DNA of 64,000 nt from Mobula hypostoma. Its lineage: Eukaryota. Positions within the stretch are counted from its first letter, which is position 1; every line of letters begins with the position of its first letter. A program made the position numbers and the translations under genes. Location of the stretch: contig NC_086097.1 of the NCBI RefSeq assembly GCF_963921235.1, forward strand, positions 157,544,001 through 157,608,000, written 5' to 3'. A model generated the notes under the pieces. That model worked only from the letters and a program-made list of their open reading frames with translations. It was not told where the DNA came from and made no database searches. Shown one piece after another: positions 61,294 through 64,000 of this stretch.

Positions 61294-61478
61294 CACAAGA
61301 GATTCTACAGATGCTGGAAAAGTTGAGCAAAACACAAAGAGCTGAAGGAACTCTGCAAATTAGAGGGAATGTATGGAGGAAAATAAACTGTTGTCAACTT
61401 TTTAAACTGAGACTCTTCATTATTTCCCTCCATAGATTCTGTCTGACCTGCTGATTTCCTCTATCATTCTGTGTGTTT
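61294..61478. mobile_element. Old Penelope-terminus foldback
   Basis: Full terminus CACAAGAGATTCTACAGATGCTGGAAA on the left; inverted arm ends TTCCTCTATCATTCTGTGTGTTT. Confidence 0.7.
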
Positions 61479-63059
61479 ATCCTGTTATCTTGCAACTTTG
61501 CACAAAATAAAAATGATTATATTGAAATGAATATTGAACTACCAATCTGAACAGTGTATTGTCACATAAGGAATACCAGCAACGAGCCAGTCTAAATTTT
61601 AGCACAGGCTAAAACCACATTCCTGAAACGGTTAAAAATAGTCTAAGTAATTATAAGTGTATGAGGATAGGATTTCAATTAAAGAAAAACTACTTGACGA
61701 CAAAACTGCACAGTTAATCAATCACCTTATTAACCTGTCCATGGACTTGAGATTCTGCCTTCCTGAACTGAAACCGTAAGCTCTGCCTTTCCTGAGTATG
61801 TTCACTTCATGGTGTTTTAAAGACCAATGTTGCACTTGTTTAATCTTTATCACTTGGAATTGTAACTCTGACAAATTTTGTTCACAGGGATTTTTTTGCA
61901 TTTAGAATGAAAGAAATGGCACAGTAATTGTTTACATCCTCTGGACGGTTTATGATGAGCATTCATTTTGTGAAAGAGAGCTACTGAATTACCAAGCAAG
62001 AAATAATTATGCTGAATAAACTAATGGTGAGAGTCATTCGATTGGTAATGCAAGCAAATTCAGAAAATGAATAGCCACTGAATGTTACTGCCAGGAACTC
62101 CATCAAAGCATGAGACCTGCATATTGGCCTACAGCTTCTATAAACAAGCAAGTACTGCAAAGGTGACTTGAATCTTAATAAATATAACAAAGAAAGAAAA
62201 CCAAAGTTATTTTTATTTGATCAGGATGGAGTACCTCAGTGTACTGTAGAACAATTATAATATTACATTCAACTTGGTGAATTTCAATTCTTCCAAGCCA
62301 CAAATAATTAACATTATATGAACATATCAAAAGAGTTAGAATATACTGGGTCCAAGAAAAAAGTCCTTGGCTTATTATGAAAGATCAGATAATGGACAAG
62401 AACATTAAAGGTTCAAGGCTTGAAGCAACGCATACTGAACACTTGTGATTCCCCCAATCACAAGGGAAGACCAGAAAAACAAAACTTTCCTAAATTCAGA
62501 CAAAATTAATGCACCTGGAAAAAGAGATTTGAGGAAGTTAATAAGTGAAGAAGACTAGAAAGGTGACTTTGTGGAACAGTGATTATTCCTCTTAGAGAGC
62601 TGTTGGATTCTGGGAAACAGCAGAGGTGAAAAGTGCTAAATTCTGTCCCCAACCCAGCAAAGAAAACAGAACCACTTTCATTAAAACTTTGATAATCTGG
62701 TATGCTGTTGGCCAGAAACACTGATCATTTAGAGTTTGGTTAATTTGTTAGTTCTGAGCAAGGGTCGGGGTCTGGAATGTGAACAGGATGTGTAGCTGAA
62801 GTTAATCTTTTTGTCTAGCTGAAACATACATATTAAAACCTACCAGGTCATATTTTCCTACTAGCTCCTTTAAAGTCACTGGAAAAAAAAACATTTTCTC
62901 ACTATAAAAATGTGAAGCTGAAGTGTTATAAACAGGTGTAATTTTCAACGGTTCAGAAAATTGTGAATCTGACAGAAGCAAAGTCAAGAAGGTGCTGGAT
63001 TATAAAATAAACTGCTGAAACTTCAAGCATTCATGATAAAAGTACAGAAGAAGGAATTC

Positions 63060-64000
63060 GCATGGATTCCAGTTATGCCTGCCTGTTTTTCGACTACATG
63101 GAACAGTTTATGTTCCAAGCCTACACTGGTGACTATCGTGCTCTTTTCCTATGCGACGATGACTGAATTGGTCACCCATGGGGAACTCGTTGACTTCATT
63201 CACTTTGCCTCCTTCTTCCATACTGCCCTCAAATTTACCTGGTCCATTTCTGACACTACCTTCGCCTTTCTCCACCTCTCTGTCTCCATCTCTGGAGACA
63301 GCTTATTTATGGATGTCTGTGACAAACCCACTCTCACAGCTACCTGGAGTATACCTCTTCCTACCCTGTTACTTATAAAAATCCCATCCTCTTCTCTCAA
63401 TTCCTCCATCTCTTCCGCATCTGCTCTCAGGATGAGGCTTTTCATTCTAGAACGAAGGAGGTGTCCTCCTTCTTCAAAGAAAGGGGCTTACCTTCCTCCA
63501 CCATTAATGCTGCCCTCAACCGCATCTCTTTCATTTAATGCATGCCTGCTCTTACCCCATTCCCCCACCACTCTACCAGGGACAGGGTTTCTCTTGTCCT
63601 CACCTACCACCCCACCAGCCTCCACGTCCAGCACATAATCCCCCGCAACTTCCACCATCTCCAACCAGATCTCACCACCAAACACATCTTCCCCTTCCCC
63701 CACTTTCTGCTTTCCGAAGGGATCTCGCCCTACCCGACTCCCTTTTCCATTTGTCCCTCCCCACTGATCTCTCTCCTGGCACTTACCTTTGCAAGCAGAA
63801 CAAGTGCTACAGCTGCCCTACACCTCCTCCCTCACTACCATTCAGGGCCCCAGACAGTCCTTCCAAGTGAGACGACACTTCACCTGTGAGTCTGTTGGGG
63901 TCATATACGGTGTCTGGTGCTCCTGGTGTGGCCTTCTGTACATCAGTGAGACCTGATGTAGATTTGGAGATCGCTTCGCCAAGCACCTATGCTCCATCTG
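63060..64000 (+). mobile_element. Penelope-like element RT C-terminus and GIY-YIG (frameshifted, runs off the window)
   Basis: ELVDFIHFASFFHTALKFTWSISDT..FLHLSVSISGD; DRVSLVLTYHPTSLHVQHII; GVIYGVWCSWCGLLYISET at 63898-63955. Confidence 0.92.

Noticed and set aside
61993..62173. Possible 181-bp minus-strand exon (AAG acceptor, GTAATT donor, open frame)
   Set aside because: Weak splice sites, unrecognised peptide and no supporting neighbouring exons.

Overview
Eukaryotic, repeat-dense and apparently intronic or intergenic DNA. The repeat repertoire points to a cartilaginous fish, most likely a ray (inference): CR1 LINEs with an esterase ORF1, Rex1/Babar, Penelope-like elements, V-SINE/HE1-type SINEs and DeuSINE-type SINEs. 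I could not recognise any host protein-coding gene. Nearly all long ORFs are fragments or antisense shadows of retroelements, or low-complexity artefacts. The most notable signal is a Penelope-like element (PLE) system. Its 3' region carries a minimal type I hammerhead ribozyme (AGTC-CTGANGA-AGG..CCT-GAAA-CGTC-GACT), with two intact copies and about ten decayed ones. It repeatedly occurs as asymmetric foldbacks in which one end has the full terminus and the inverted arm lacks the last ~33-39 nt, from a 1.45-kb palindrome with a 12-bp TSD down to a 175-bp hairpin with a 14-bp TSD. Other items: deep TE nesting, a TIR element with a 6-bp TSD and a duplicated left terminus, non-coding retroposons with Rex-like tails, an unclassified TGT..ACA element, and one possible 378-bp phase 1-1 exon in a TE-poor island. 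Boundaries of old repeats are approximate.
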